Positions 18,565 to 27,473 of a stretch of DNA of 52,710 bases are shown here, in pieces. Both the position numbers and the translations under genes were made by a program. A model generated the notes under the pieces. It ran no database searches. It had not been told where the DNA came from and saw nothing but the letters and a program-made list of their open reading frames with translations. This DNA is from a virus (lineage: Duplodnaviria; Caudoviricetes), in IMG/VR virus record IMGVR_UViG_3300030376_003573, positions 1-52,710 of that record; one strand, 5' to 3'. How positions within the stretch are numbered: the stretch's first letter is position 1; the number at the start of each line of letters is the position of its first letter.

Positions 18565-18707
18565 AGATTAACAAGAAATATTTAGCTGGAAGCAAAGACC
18601 CTAAGCGACGTGCCGCTTTAATCAAAAGGATTGCGGCTATATACAAGAAGGGTAAACCATACCCAAAGAACTTAGATGAACTTATGAAAGAAAGAGATTC
18701 ATTATGA
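18561..18707 (+). CDS. 48-aa basic protein (not in ORF track)
   Basis: MKINKKYLAGSKDPKRRAALIKRIAAIYKKGKPYPKNLDELMKERDSL; ATGA overlaps on both sides. Confidence 0.75.
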   Translation: MKINKKYLAGSKDPKRRAALIKRIAAIYKKGKPYPKNLDELMKERDSL

Positions 18708-19021
18708 AAGCGAAAAAAACATACAAGAAGGGAGGTAAGTTTCCCGACTTGACTGGTGACGGTAAAGTAACAAGAGCTGACGTCCTCAAAGGTCGTGGCG
18801 TCTTCAAAGCTGGAGGCAAGATGAAGACGTACAAGAAGGGTGGCATGGCTGGACTCAGCGGGCCACAGAAAGAAGTGTACCGCAGAGGCTTGGCAGCATA
18901 CATGTCTTCTGGCAACAGACCGAAAGTTTCTCAACACGCCTGGGCCATGGCTAGAGTGAAAAGTGACTTTGGTAAGAAGGAAGCGGCAAAGATTAGAGCT
19001 GGAAAGGGCAAGAAAAAATAA
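18704..19021 (+). CDS. basic protein with EF-hand/dockerin-like DLTGDGKVTRAD motif
   Basis: YKKGG repeats, DLTGDGKVTRADVL, VYRRGLAAY..WAMARV. Confidence 0.75.
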   Translation: MKAKKTYKKGGKFPDLTGDGKVTRADVLKGRGVFKAGGKMKTYKKGGMAGLSGPQKEVYRRGLAAYMSSGNRPKVSQHAWAMARVKSDFGKKEAAKIRAGKGKKK

Positions 19022-19025
19022 TGCT

Positions 19026-19033
19026 TATATTTG
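19026..19033 (+). promoter_or_regulatory. -7 promoter element TATATTTG heading the capsid operon
   Basis: Intergenic TAnnTTTG. Confidence 0.75.
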
Positions 19034-19053
19034 CATTCATATAACTAACAATT

Positions 19054-19455
19054 ATGGCTACAACCACTGCAACAATTACACTTTCGAGCGGGGACCTTAC
19101 GGGTGACGCTCTTCAGCTGTCAACTACAGCGACACTCACCAAGGCGGGAACGCTTACTGGTCTGTCACAGACTACTGGTGTTGGTAGAAAAACTACTACC
19201 GCTACTTCTCAGTACACTCTGTTTGATGGTGACGCTTACGCTAATGGATCCCACAAGGTTTACTTGAAGAACACTAGTGCTGTCGCTACTGAGTTTTTAA
19301 TTATTGAAATTAACTCTGAGCAGATGGGCAAGCTTTACGCTGGTGATTGGGCGTTCTTCCCATGGGAAGCAAATGCTGACACTAACGATATTAAGATTAC
19401 CCCAAGTGTATCTACTAGCTTGACTTTAGAGTACGCTCTGTTTATTGACGAATAA
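19054..19455 (+). CDS. putative capsid-associated beta protein
   Basis: Thr/Ala-rich; paralog of 19455 and 692. Confidence 0.6.
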   Translation: MATTTATITLSSGDLTGDALQLSTTATLTKAGTLTGLSQTTGVGRKTTTATSQYTLFDGDAYANGSHKVYLKNTSAVATEFLIIEINSEQMGKLYAGDWAFFPWEANADTNDIKITPSVSTSLTLEYALFIDE

Positions 19456-19862
19456 TGGCAACAGTAACCGCAGCTCTTAGCATAAACAGCGCTGATGTTC
19501 TGACAAGCAATCTAGCTTTGTCGGTTAACTCGGTTATTAGCTGTGACTCTGGCAGTTTGATCAGAGCAAAGGTAAAAGGCACGGCTGCTGATACTGATGA
19601 TAAGCTATTGTACAAGGCGAATCAGAAAAATGACAGAGCCTATCTGTTTATCAGAAACTTAGAAACGGAGCTGGAGAACTACATCTACGTTAGGAACGAA
19701 ACAGAAGCTAACACCGCGCTTGTAGCCAAAATTGGCGGTGGAGAGTTTGCGTTTATTCCTATTGCTCCAGACAAAACATACGAAGCTATCGCCACAAAGG
19801 TTGACTCAATCATTGAGTACGGCGTCTTTGGTAACGACAACTCAGCAGTTCAACTCGGATAA
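19455..19862 (+). CDS. putative capsid-associated beta protein
   Basis: YLFIRNL..KIGGGEFAFIP; paralog of 19054. Confidence 0.6.
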   Translation: MATVTAALSINSADVLTSNLALSVNSVISCDSGSLIRAKVKGTAADTDDKLLYKANQKNDRAYLFIRNLETELENYIYVRNETEANTALVAKIGGGEFAFIPIAPDKTYEAIATKVDSIIEYGVFGNDNSAVQLG

Positions 19863-19872
19863 TAAATAAGAC

Positions 19873-20247
19873 ATGTCTCAAAGTTCATCATTCCCTAAGA
19901 GCACGTATTTAATTAGCGCCACCACTACTGATGTTAACGCTACGCCAAAGCACGGAAGTTTTAGTGCGGTTACTTGCACTGTAGCAGGCACGGTAAAAGT
20001 AAGAGGTGGAGGTGTTTATGAATACGTAGACGTTAGTGATGCCTCCGATGTTCATACAAGCTTTATTGACCCAACCACGGGTGTGGTTTTTGCGGATGAC
20101 GCTGCCATGAATACTCGCGGTGACGGGTTCTATCAGAAGATAAACTCTGTTGATACAGACATTGCAATGATCGCTGGGCAGACAGTTTATGGAAGATTTG
20201 ATAGCGTAAAAAGCGACGGTACATTTACTGGATTCGCTTACACATAA
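19873..20247 (+). CDS. putative virion structural protein
   Basis: AGQTVYGRFDSVK tail; capsid operon context. Confidence 0.55.
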   Translation: MSQSSSFPKSTYLISATTTDVNATPKHGSFSAVTCTVAGTVKVRGGGVYEYVDVSDASDVHTSFIDPTTGVVFADDAAMNTRGDGFYQKINSVDTDIAMIAGQTVYGRFDSVKSDGTFTGFAYT

Positions 20248-20267
20248 TAGACACTTAATTAAATAAA

Positions 20268-21404
20268 ATGGAACAAAATACAATCGAAGAGATTGGCGGA
20301 ATGAAGGTCTTCAGTAATCCTGAGGACCTTGCTGCATCTATGAACTCCGCTTCAGAAGCCACAACTGAAGCACCCGTAGAACAACAAGAAGCTGTCGTAG
20401 AACAGCCAGTTGAACAACCAATTACCGAGGAGCCACCCGTACAGGAATCGGCTCCCGTGGTAGAAGAAACCGTACAGCCTCAAGCAGAAACTGTTGAGAC
20501 TGAACAACATACAGAACCTGAGTATTCAGAACAAGATATCGAGTCTGCTGTCTTTTCTTTCTTAAGCGATAAGCTGGGAAGAAACGTGGCTTCTCTTGAT
20601 GACTTATCTGCTACTCAACAGGCTGAAGCAAAAGCTTTAGACGAAAGAGTCGAGGCCATCGCAAAGTTCGTAGAGGAAACGGGCCGAGCACCAGAAGATT
20701 GGTTTAGATACCAGTCATTGAATCCAGAAGGTATGGATGATATGACAGCTATTCGCATTGAAATGGCGAATGAGTATCCAAACCTTTCGTATGATGAACT
20801 CAATCTTTTAGTCAGCAGCAAGTACAAGCTAGACCCCGACACGTATACCGAAGAGGAGGTTACGCTTGGCAAGCTTCAGCTGAAAATGGATGGTGATAAA
20901 GCTAAAAAGGGCATCGAGAATATCAGAGGTAGCTACTCTGCTCCCGCCCCGAAAGAACAGTCAGCATCCGAACCAGAATCTATAATTGACGAGAGCTGGA
21001 TATCTGAAATGTCCAAGGAAGTTGATGCGTTAACGGGTCTAGAGTTTGACCTTGGTGACGAGAAGACTTTTGAATTCGGTCTTGACGATCAGTACAAAAG
21101 TCAATTAAAGAATCGCAATGCTCGTCTCGACGAGTTCTTTGATCCCTATGTAGGGGAGGATGGAAGCTGGGACTACGACCTGCTATCGTCTCACATGGCT
21201 GTCATTGACAACATTGACAGAATTGTTAAGTCTGCTTACACCAGAGGATTGGGTGACGGACAGAAAACACTTGTGGACACAGCGGCCAATGTCTCTACTG
21301 AAACTCCGCAACAAGGGAATCAAAACCAACAAACCAACCCGTTGGCCGACCAACTAAAAAATATTATGGGAGGTCAGTCCAACAGACTAACTTTTAAAAT
21401 CTAA
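20268..21404 (+). CDS. putative capsid scaffold/assembly protein
   Basis: Acidic, disordered N-terminus, directly before the major capsid gene. Confidence 0.6.
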   Translation: MEQNTIEEIGGMKVFSNPEDLAASMNSASEATTEAPVEQQEAVVEQPVEQPITEEPPVQESAPVVEETVQPQAETVETEQHTEPEYSEQDIESAVFSFLSDKLGRNVASLDDLSATQQAEAKALDERVEAIAKFVEETGRAPEDWFRYQSLNPEGMDDMTAIRIEMANEYPNLSYDELNLLVSSKYKLDPDTYTEEEVTLGKLQLKMDGDKAKKGIENIRGSYSAPAPKEQSASEPESIIDESWISEMSKEVDALTGLEFDLGDEKTFEFGLDDQYKSQLKNRNARLDEFFDPYVGEDGSWDYDLLSSHMAVIDNIDRIVKSAYTRGLGDGQKTLVDTAANVSTETPQQGNQNQQTNPLADQLKNIMGGQSNRLTFKI

Positions 21405-21410
21405 AAAATT

Positions 21411-22829
21411 ATGGCTACTACTGCTGCGGCGGCAGGTGGTGTGGACGGAGCTCCAGCTGACCTGCGATTATCGCCCGAAACTTATACTACTATCGGCACT
21501 TTGCTGGATCAAAACAAAGATTTTGTAATCCCACAACTCGTCGAAACATATGGTGATCAAGGTATCACTGGGATGTTGAAATTAACTGGCGCCATCCAAG
21601 GTGGGGGTACTTCTGACGAAGTGCGATACCACGAAGTTGGAAGACGTCACCGTTTGGTTGCTTGTAATTCTTCTGGCGTTTCAGGAGTGTCAGGAGACCA
21701 AGCTACTTTGAATTACGACGCTGGCTCTAACGCTATTGGTGTAAACGACGTTGTTATGGACAGCGTTGATGGTCGCAGATATGTTGTTATCGCAACATCA
21801 GCTGCTTCTCCGCTTACTTCAACGACTGCTACGCTTGCTTCTTTGGACGGAGCGACCGCAACTGACAATCACGGAGCTGCAGATACAGGTGCGTTTATTC
21901 ACATCGGAAATCTTTATGGTCAGGGAACTGAGCAACCAGGTCACTTCACCGATGCTGACATGGTGAAACGTCAGAATCCATTTATGATTGTTAAGGATCG
22001 ATTCCAAGTGAACGGTTCACAAGCAACTAATATCGGCTGGGTTGACACTGGCGGAGGTGAATATCGTTGGTTCATGTACGGTGAGCAAGAAGCTCGCAAG
22101 CGTTTCGAAGACCGTCGTGAAATGATGATGTTGTTTGCTGAATCAGGCAACGATAATGACTTCACCGATGGTGCTACAGCTGGCTTGGCTAACGCTCAAG
22201 ACGCTGGTTTGGGATCAGAGGGTTATATCTCTGCTGTTGAAAATAGAGGTATTGTTGTTTCTAACGCAAACGCCAATCCATTGGACAGCTTTGCTGAGTT
22301 TGACGACATCATCTTGGAGCTCGACAAGAACGGAGCTACTTCTGAGTACGCTATGTACTTGAATAGAAAGCAAGATTTGGCGATTGACGACATGTTGGCG
22401 TCAGGTATCTCTACTGGAGTTACTGCTGGTTTGGCTGGTCAGTTCGGTGCGTTTAACAACGATGCTGATATGGCTGTAAAGCTTGGCTTTAAGTCGTTTA
22501 CTCGTGGTGGTTACACTTTCCACAAGCATGACTGGAAGCTGTTGAACGATCCTACTTTGTTAGGTGCAACAAACTTCTTGCAGGGAGCTATGGTTCCTAT
22601 GAGTCAGATTGCTGATGCTCGTACTGGTGTTAAGGCTCCTGCCCTCGCTATGTACTACAAGGAGGCTAACGGCTACAACAGAGAGATGGAGCACTGGGTA
22701 ACTGGTGGTGGTGTATTGGGTCACACAAACAATGGAGATGCTGGTAGAGACGTTGCTACGTTCCACTACCGCTCTGAGATTGCTTTGGTGACTCGTGCTG
22801 CAAACCAACACGTTATCATTAAGGGCTAA
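21411..22829 (+). CDS. major capsid protein
   Basis: 472 aa; strongly biased codon usage; follows the scaffold; GFKSFTRGGYTFHKHDWK; followed by a UUCG hairpin. Confidence 0.85.
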   Translation: MATTAAAAGGVDGAPADLRLSPETYTTIGTLLDQNKDFVIPQLVETYGDQGITGMLKLTGAIQGGGTSDEVRYHEVGRRHRLVACNSSGVSGVSGDQATLNYDAGSNAIGVNDVVMDSVDGRRYVVIATSAASPLTSTTATLASLDGATATDNHGAADTGAFIHIGNLYGQGTEQPGHFTDADMVKRQNPFMIVKDRFQVNGSQATNIGWVDTGGGEYRWFMYGEQEARKRFEDRREMMMLFAESGNDNDFTDGATAGLANAQDAGLGSEGYISAVENRGIVVSNANANPLDSFAEFDDIILELDKNGATSEYAMYLNRKQDLAIDDMLASGISTGVTAGLAGQFGAFNNDADMAVKLGFKSFTRGGYTFHKHDWKLLNDPTLLGATNFLQGAMVPMSQIADARTGVKAPALAMYYKEANGYNREMEHWVTGGGVLGHTNNGDAGRDVATFHYRSEIALVTRAANQHVIIKG

Positions 22830-22845
22830 TAACAGTTAGGTGGAT

Positions 22846-22868
22846 GGGAGGGGCTTCGGCCCTTCCCC
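22846..22868 (+). terminator. GC hairpin with UUCG loop after the capsid gene (weak U-tail)
   Basis: GGGAGGGGC-TTCG-GCCCTTCCC. Confidence 0.65.
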
Positions 22869-22895
22869 TTCAGCTACAACAAATAACTTTTTATT

Positions 22896-23216
22896 ATGGA
22901 GAAATTTTTGTTTTTTAATACTGGTACTAATGATTCGCTTTGCATGCCCGCTCGTCGTTTGACGGACATGGGGATGGAATCAAATGGCACCTCTTTGATT
23001 TTGCACTTTATTGCTCCCTTTGGCGGGAATGATGGTGTTGGAGAAATTACTGTAGACGTTACAATTACTGACAACAAGGGTAGGCTTGTTATGGAGGCTA
23101 TCGCAGAAGAAATTCGTTTAGGTAAAAATCCTTTTATTACCGTTTGCGATGACACTACTTCTGAGTTCCTTCACTCAGACATTCTTAGCGTTGGTTCAAT
23201 CACTGACTTCGCATAA
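22896..23216 (+). CDS. small virion protein, 'KFLF' family copy 1
   Basis: Paralog of 23228 and of the N-terminus of 24532. Confidence 0.65.
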   Translation: MEKFLFFNTGTNDSLCMPARRLTDMGMESNGTSLILHFIAPFGGNDGVGEITVDVTITDNKGRLVMEAIAEEIRLGKNPFITVCDDTTSEFLHSDILSVGSITDFA

Positions 23217-23227
23217 TACTAGAAACC

Positions 23228-23563
23228 ATGGACACAAGTAAAAAATTCCTATTCGTAAATCCAGACAACACTGCTGGTGAATTTGATTCTTCAAAGCTTT
23301 TCCCTGTATCTAGTTTACAGGGTATTCAAGAGCTCAACGCAACTAGCGTTCGTCTCGCCGTATCTGATTTTGGTCAGGCAGATGACACATTGATTGACAT
23401 CACTGTGGATTCAGGAACAGCAAAGACTTACATCAAGGACTTGGTTGAGGCTATCAACTTTGCAAAGCAATCGGTTATCAACCTTGCTGATGCAAGTGAT
23501 GAGACTTCTTTTTCGCCCGATGTAGACTTTGGCACAGACCCAGTAATCACAGTTGGTTCGTAG
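23228..23563 (+). CDS. small virion protein, 'KFLF' family copy 2
   Basis: Paralog of 22896. Confidence 0.65.
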   Translation: MDTSKKFLFVNPDNTAGEFDSSKLFPVSSLQGIQELNATSVRLAVSDFGQADDTLIDITVDSGTAKTYIKDLVEAINFAKQSVINLADASDETSFSPDVDFGTDPVITVGS

Positions 23564-23585
23564 TAAATCACAAACCTCATAAAAG

Positions 23586-23612
23586 AAAGGCTCCCTTCGG
23601 GGGGCCTTTTTT
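23586..23612 (+). terminator. intrinsic terminator
   Basis: AAAGGCTCCC-TTCG-GGGGGCCTTT followed by a T-run. Confidence 0.9.
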
Positions 23613-23620
23613 ATTTTGAT

Positions 23621-23628
23621 TATATTTG
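23621..23628 (+). promoter_or_regulatory. -7 promoter element TATATTTG
   Basis: Immediately after the terminator. Confidence 0.75.
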
Positions 23629-23648
23629 TACTACTAATTCAATTTAAT

Positions 23649-24485
23649 ATGACTACACAAACTAAGAAGTCTCCTGGGAGACCTAAAAAAACCCAGGCAC
23701 CTGCACAGGCAGTAGCACCTGCTGCCCCAGCTAAAAAGAAAAAGCCTACCATCAGAAGGAAAGAAGAGGTTAATCAGCACAAAGAGTATGAGATAACTAA
23801 GGGTGGAGGAATCGTGTTCATGCTTCCTCAAAAAGGCGTAACCGTATACGACAAAGAAAACGACACTGTTAGGGAGATCAGATACTGCCCTAACGAACAG
23901 TCTGTCTTTCGAGATGAGCAGTCTGAAAACGCCAAAAGGGAATCTGTTTCTTTTAGAGAAGGCAGGCTTTTTGTTCCCAAGGAAAAACCAAACTTGCGGA
24001 AGTTCTTAGAGCTACATCCTTTAAATAAGTCAAACGGAGGGACAGTATTCTCTGAGGTGAACAAAAAGAAAGATGCAGAGAAAGAACTGCAAAAAGAGTT
24101 CTTAACTACCGATGCTGTAGCTTTAGTAAGAGATACGGACATACAGGATCTACTGCCTGTTGCTATGTACTTTAACGTGAGTATTAACTCTCCAGTATCA
24201 GAGATTCGATTTAACCTCCTTAGAATCGCTAAGAGCAAGCCTCAGGAGTTTATTGAGTCCTTTGATTCGCCACAAGTGCAAGCTCGATCTGTTGTGGCTC
24301 AAGCTAAAGACTATCAAATCATCAACGTAAAGCCCGATGGTGTTTACTGGTTCGACTCTAATGGACTAATTGTATCTGTCCCAGTAGGTCAAGACCCGCT
24401 AGACGTCATGGTTAGATTCTGTTTAACAGAAAAAGGAGCCTCGGTGCTATCCGCATTAGAAGAAAGGCTAGACAAGCTAGGATAA
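23649..24485 (+). CDS. conserved morphogenesis-region protein of unknown function
   Basis: Basic N-tail, REIRY motif; has its own promoter and terminator; ATG 23649. Confidence 0.7.
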   Translation: MTTQTKKSPGRPKKTQAPAQAVAPAAPAKKKKPTIRRKEEVNQHKEYEITKGGGIVFMLPQKGVTVYDKENDTVREIRYCPNEQSVFRDEQSENAKRESVSFREGRLFVPKEKPNLRKFLELHPLNKSNGGTVFSEVNKKKDAEKELQKEFLTTDAVALVRDTDIQDLLPVAMYFNVSINSPVSEIRFNLLRIAKSKPQEFIESFDSPQVQARSVVAQAKDYQIINVKPDGVYWFDSNGLIVSVPVGQDPLDVMVRFCLTEKGASVLSALEERLDKLG

Positions 24486-24487
24486 AG

Positions 24488-24513
24488 AAAGGCCACCTTC
24501 GGGTGGCTTTTTT
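24488..24513 (+). terminator. intrinsic terminator
   Basis: GCCACC-TTCG-GGTGGC followed by T7. Confidence 0.9.
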
Positions 24514-24519
24514 GTTTCG

Positions 24520-24527
24520 TATATTTG
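24520..24527 (+). promoter_or_regulatory. -7 promoter element TATATTTG
   Basis: 4 nt before ATG 24532. Confidence 0.75.
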
Positions 24528-24531
24528 TTTC

Positions 24532-25845
24532 ATGGACAGAAAGTTCTTCTTTTTTCGCAGAGAGCCAGAGTCAGAGACCAGTGCATCGTTTTCAGATACG
24601 GGTGTAGGTCTCAGCACAATAGCTATACCTTCTGAAAACTTGACGTTCATCACGGCTGCTAAAGAAAAAGTAATATTTACATTCAAGGATTGCAACGGCT
24701 TTGATGAGTCATCTCTTCAAGAAGGGGAGTCAATACCTAAAGCTAATATTACTGTAGCCTGCAAACAGGGTGATGAAGCGGGATTGATTGAAGATGTGAT
24801 CAACTTTATGTCTAGGTCCACACCTAAGAACATCATGAAGTTTGATGTAGTCGAACGAAATTCTACGTTTGATAAAGCTGTGGTTGACGAGGTGGATGAT
24901 GTCACATCTGTTGTTCCTGCCTCTCCTATCAATACAGTAACAAAAGAAGTTTCTATTGGAGATAAAGAAAAAGAATTCCAAGGAACGATAGCTGAGGTTT
25001 TCTTCAATGAAAGCTTGCCAGTATTAGATTTCAATCATGAAGGTTTAGCTAATTATGCCAACGGCAATAGCATCAATGCTGGATGGAGAAACTTTGGAAC
25101 ACTAAAAAGTAGCGATTCCACCCTTGGGATTTTAGGCGGTACGGTTAATGCGGTTACAGAAGCTGGAGAAAGCACGTTAATTAAAAAGGCAGCCACTATC
25201 GGTTCTACTGATGGATTGCGTTTTGGGGCTGATATAAACGTAACCTCCACAGATTACACTATATACTTAGCGTTTAACACAAACGGATTGGCCGCTAGTT
25301 CTGATTATGGTATTGGGGCTATCTATGCCGACAATGAGGGAGAGACCTTTGGCTTTGGCGGCAGACCACAGAGCGACGGTGTGCTAAGCGCGACCAACAG
25401 TGGGTTACATTTAAACACAAGTGTGTTTGCTATTCGCCATGATGGTCTTACAGGATACCCTGCTTTTGTAAGCACGAATACAACGGAGGGTGGAACAAAG
25501 TCTTTCGATATTCCTGATCGCAATGTAGACGCCTTAGATTATAACCCTAACAACGTATTTGTTGTCAGAAGAGACAAAGCATTCAATATGTATCTCCACA
25601 ACAGAGATGGCGATATAGTAGCTAAGATACCAGCAAAAACAAAGTTTTTAGACCCATTTCTCACGTCTTCCTCTCCTGGCAGGACCGACGGTGACTTAAA
25701 GCTAAGGACACTAGGCAGGGCAAATAGCGCCGCCATATCTGGTAAGATATACTTGAACAGGTTTGGTGTTATCAATAGAGACGTTGGCGCCGATGAGGCG
25801 GCGAAGATAGCCAGACAACTCTTCAAGATATACGGGGAGAAATAA
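24532..25845 (+). CDS. virion protein: 'KFLF' family N-domain fused to a beta-rich (possibly lectin-like) domain
   Basis: N-terminal ~120 aa aligns with 22896/23228; C-terminus is beta-rich. Confidence 0.6.
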   Translation: MDRKFFFFRREPESETSASFSDTGVGLSTIAIPSENLTFITAAKEKVIFTFKDCNGFDESSLQEGESIPKANITVACKQGDEAGLIEDVINFMSRSTPKNIMKFDVVERNSTFDKAVVDEVDDVTSVVPASPINTVTKEVSIGDKEKEFQGTIAEVFFNESLPVLDFNHEGLANYANGNSINAGWRNFGTLKSSDSTLGILGGTVNAVTEAGESTLIKKAATIGSTDGLRFGADINVTSTDYTIYLAFNTNGLAASSDYGIGAIYADNEGETFGFGGRPQSDGVLSATNSGLHLNTSVFAIRHDGLTGYPAFVSTNTTEGGTKSFDIPDRNVDALDYNPNNVFVVRRDKAFNMYLHNRDGDIVAKIPAKTKFLDPFLTSSSPGRTDGDLKLRTLGRANSAAISGKIYLNRFGVINRDVGADEAAKIARQLFKIYGEK

Positions 25846-25863
25846 CAGCCTATTTCTTTTGCT

Positions 25864-25871
25864 TATATTTG
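25864..25871 (+). promoter_or_regulatory. -7 promoter element TATATTTG
   Basis: 4 nt before ATG 25876. Confidence 0.75.
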
Positions 25872-25875
25872 TATT

Positions 25876-26646
25876 ATGGTAAGCGTATTACAAGTATATA
25901 CAGCTCTAAGGGACCTCGCTAACAAAGAGCAGAAGGGTTTCATCACGCCTCAAGTATTCAATTCATTTGCAGCTCTAGCTCAGATGAACATATACAACGA
26001 AATGTTTGCTGAGCTTGTAACGGCTAAGCGCTTGAGCCGACAGAATTTTGATCCTGGTAGAGACAAGTCACTAAGAAAGCAAAAGCAAGAGGACTTGGCC
26101 TTTTACTTGAGAAGGAAAGCTGCTTTACTGGATTTGGAATACAACAACGGCTTGCTAGAGAAGCCTTCTGATTTATCTAAGATAGTATCTATATACGCAG
26201 GCTCTTTGCTTGATCCCCAAGCCGCTACAAATTCCAACCAGGATTTAGTGAGCTGCGAGCTAGTATATGATCCTGAGAAGATTGACAGAATAGTAGGCAG
26301 TAACCTTTCTTACCCTACAGAGAGCTTCCCAGTGGCGTTAGTCTCTGCTGTAGACATAGAAATATTCCCACCTACAGTCCCCGTAGTTTACTTAAGCTAT
26401 TACGCCAAGCCTACTTCGTTTGATAGCGAAGGAAACATATTGCCTGACGCACCATACTATGACTTCAGAACCGCTGAGTATAACGGCGAGTCGCTGGAAG
26501 TGTTTAACTCGCAGGGCTCTAGGAACTTTATGTTGCCCCCTCACTGCTTGACGGAGGTGGTCATGGAGCTGGCTAAGTTGATTGGAATTAGATTGAGAGA
26601 AACGCAGGTCTCTGTGTTTGCGTCACAAGAAGAAGCATCTGAATAA
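25876..26646 (+). CDS. tail ring/adaptor (tail tubular) protein
   Basis: LANKEQKGFITPQVFN..AQ N-terminus characteristic of crAss-like ring proteins; position in the tail operon. Confidence 0.65.
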   Translation: MVSVLQVYTALRDLANKEQKGFITPQVFNSFAALAQMNIYNEMFAELVTAKRLSRQNFDPGRDKSLRKQKQEDLAFYLRRKAALLDLEYNNGLLEKPSDLSKIVSIYAGSLLDPQAATNSNQDLVSCELVYDPEKIDRIVGSNLSYPTESFPVALVSAVDIEIFPPTVPVVYLSYYAKPTSFDSEGNILPDAPYYDFRTAEYNGESLEVFNSQGSRNFMLPPHCLTEVVMELAKLIGIRLRETQVSVFASQEEASE

Positions 26647-27473
26647 TGGCATTCAATAAAGTAAAACTCAGCGAAATCATAAGAGATTTCATTATTACTC
26701 TTGACGGAGACGACTATGCTAGTAATACTTCGGATACAGCTATAAGAAACTTTGCGCTAAGGGGTATACGTGAGATTGGTTTTGATCTCGGCAAAAAGGT
26801 GAAGTCCTTAAAAAGCTCTGTACAGTCTAATAATACTGTGGCTTTGCCTCAGGATTTTGTTGATTTGATTAAGATCGGGATCGTAGACTCTGATGGTATA
26901 CTCAGGGTCTTTGGTGAGAATAAGAATATAAATTACTCTAGAAAGACAACGTCCCCTAATGTTGCTACGGATAGCGCTTCAGGCCCACTAAACATAGAGG
27001 ATAACTTTATCGACAATAGGGAGGATGACAAGACCGCTACGGACAATAGCTCTGGATCTGATAACGATTTCGGTCAATACGTATTTGAGAACTATATATA
27101 CCAGGGTGGCGTAGGTAGGCTGTACGGTGCTGGGGGTGGACACCTAGCTGGAGAGTACAGATTAAACCTCGATCAAGACAGGATAGAGATTGAAACGAAT
27201 GAAAGTTTTGGGGATGTAGTCATCGAATACATCGCCGACGAGGCCAGGTCAACTGATCCTGAAGTGCATGTGTATGCTGAAGAAGCCTTGCGCTGCTATA
27301 TGTATTATAAGATTGTTGAGCGTAAATCCTCTGTGCCAGCCAACGAGAAGGCTAGAGCCAGGGCTGAGTTTTACAACGAGAGAAGAAAGGCTAACGCACG
27401 ACTCAACAACTTCACAAAAGACGAAGCACTCAAGACCATTCGAAAGAACTTTATGCAAGCGCCTAAGTACTGA
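26646..27473 (+). CDS. tail ring/tubular protein
   Basis: LPQDFVD..IG, VHVYAEEAL..Y motifs; precedes the stabiliser gene. Confidence 0.65.
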   Translation: MAFNKVKLSEIIRDFIITLDGDDYASNTSDTAIRNFALRGIREIGFDLGKKVKSLKSSVQSNNTVALPQDFVDLIKIGIVDSDGILRVFGENKNINYSRKTTSPNVATDSASGPLNIEDNFIDNREDDKTATDNSSGSDNDFGQYVFENYIYQGGVGRLYGAGGGHLAGEYRLNLDQDRIEIETNESFGDVVIEYIADEARSTDPEVHVYAEEALRCYMYYKIVERKSSVPANEKARARAEFYNERRKANARLNNFTKDEALKTIRKNFMQAPKY

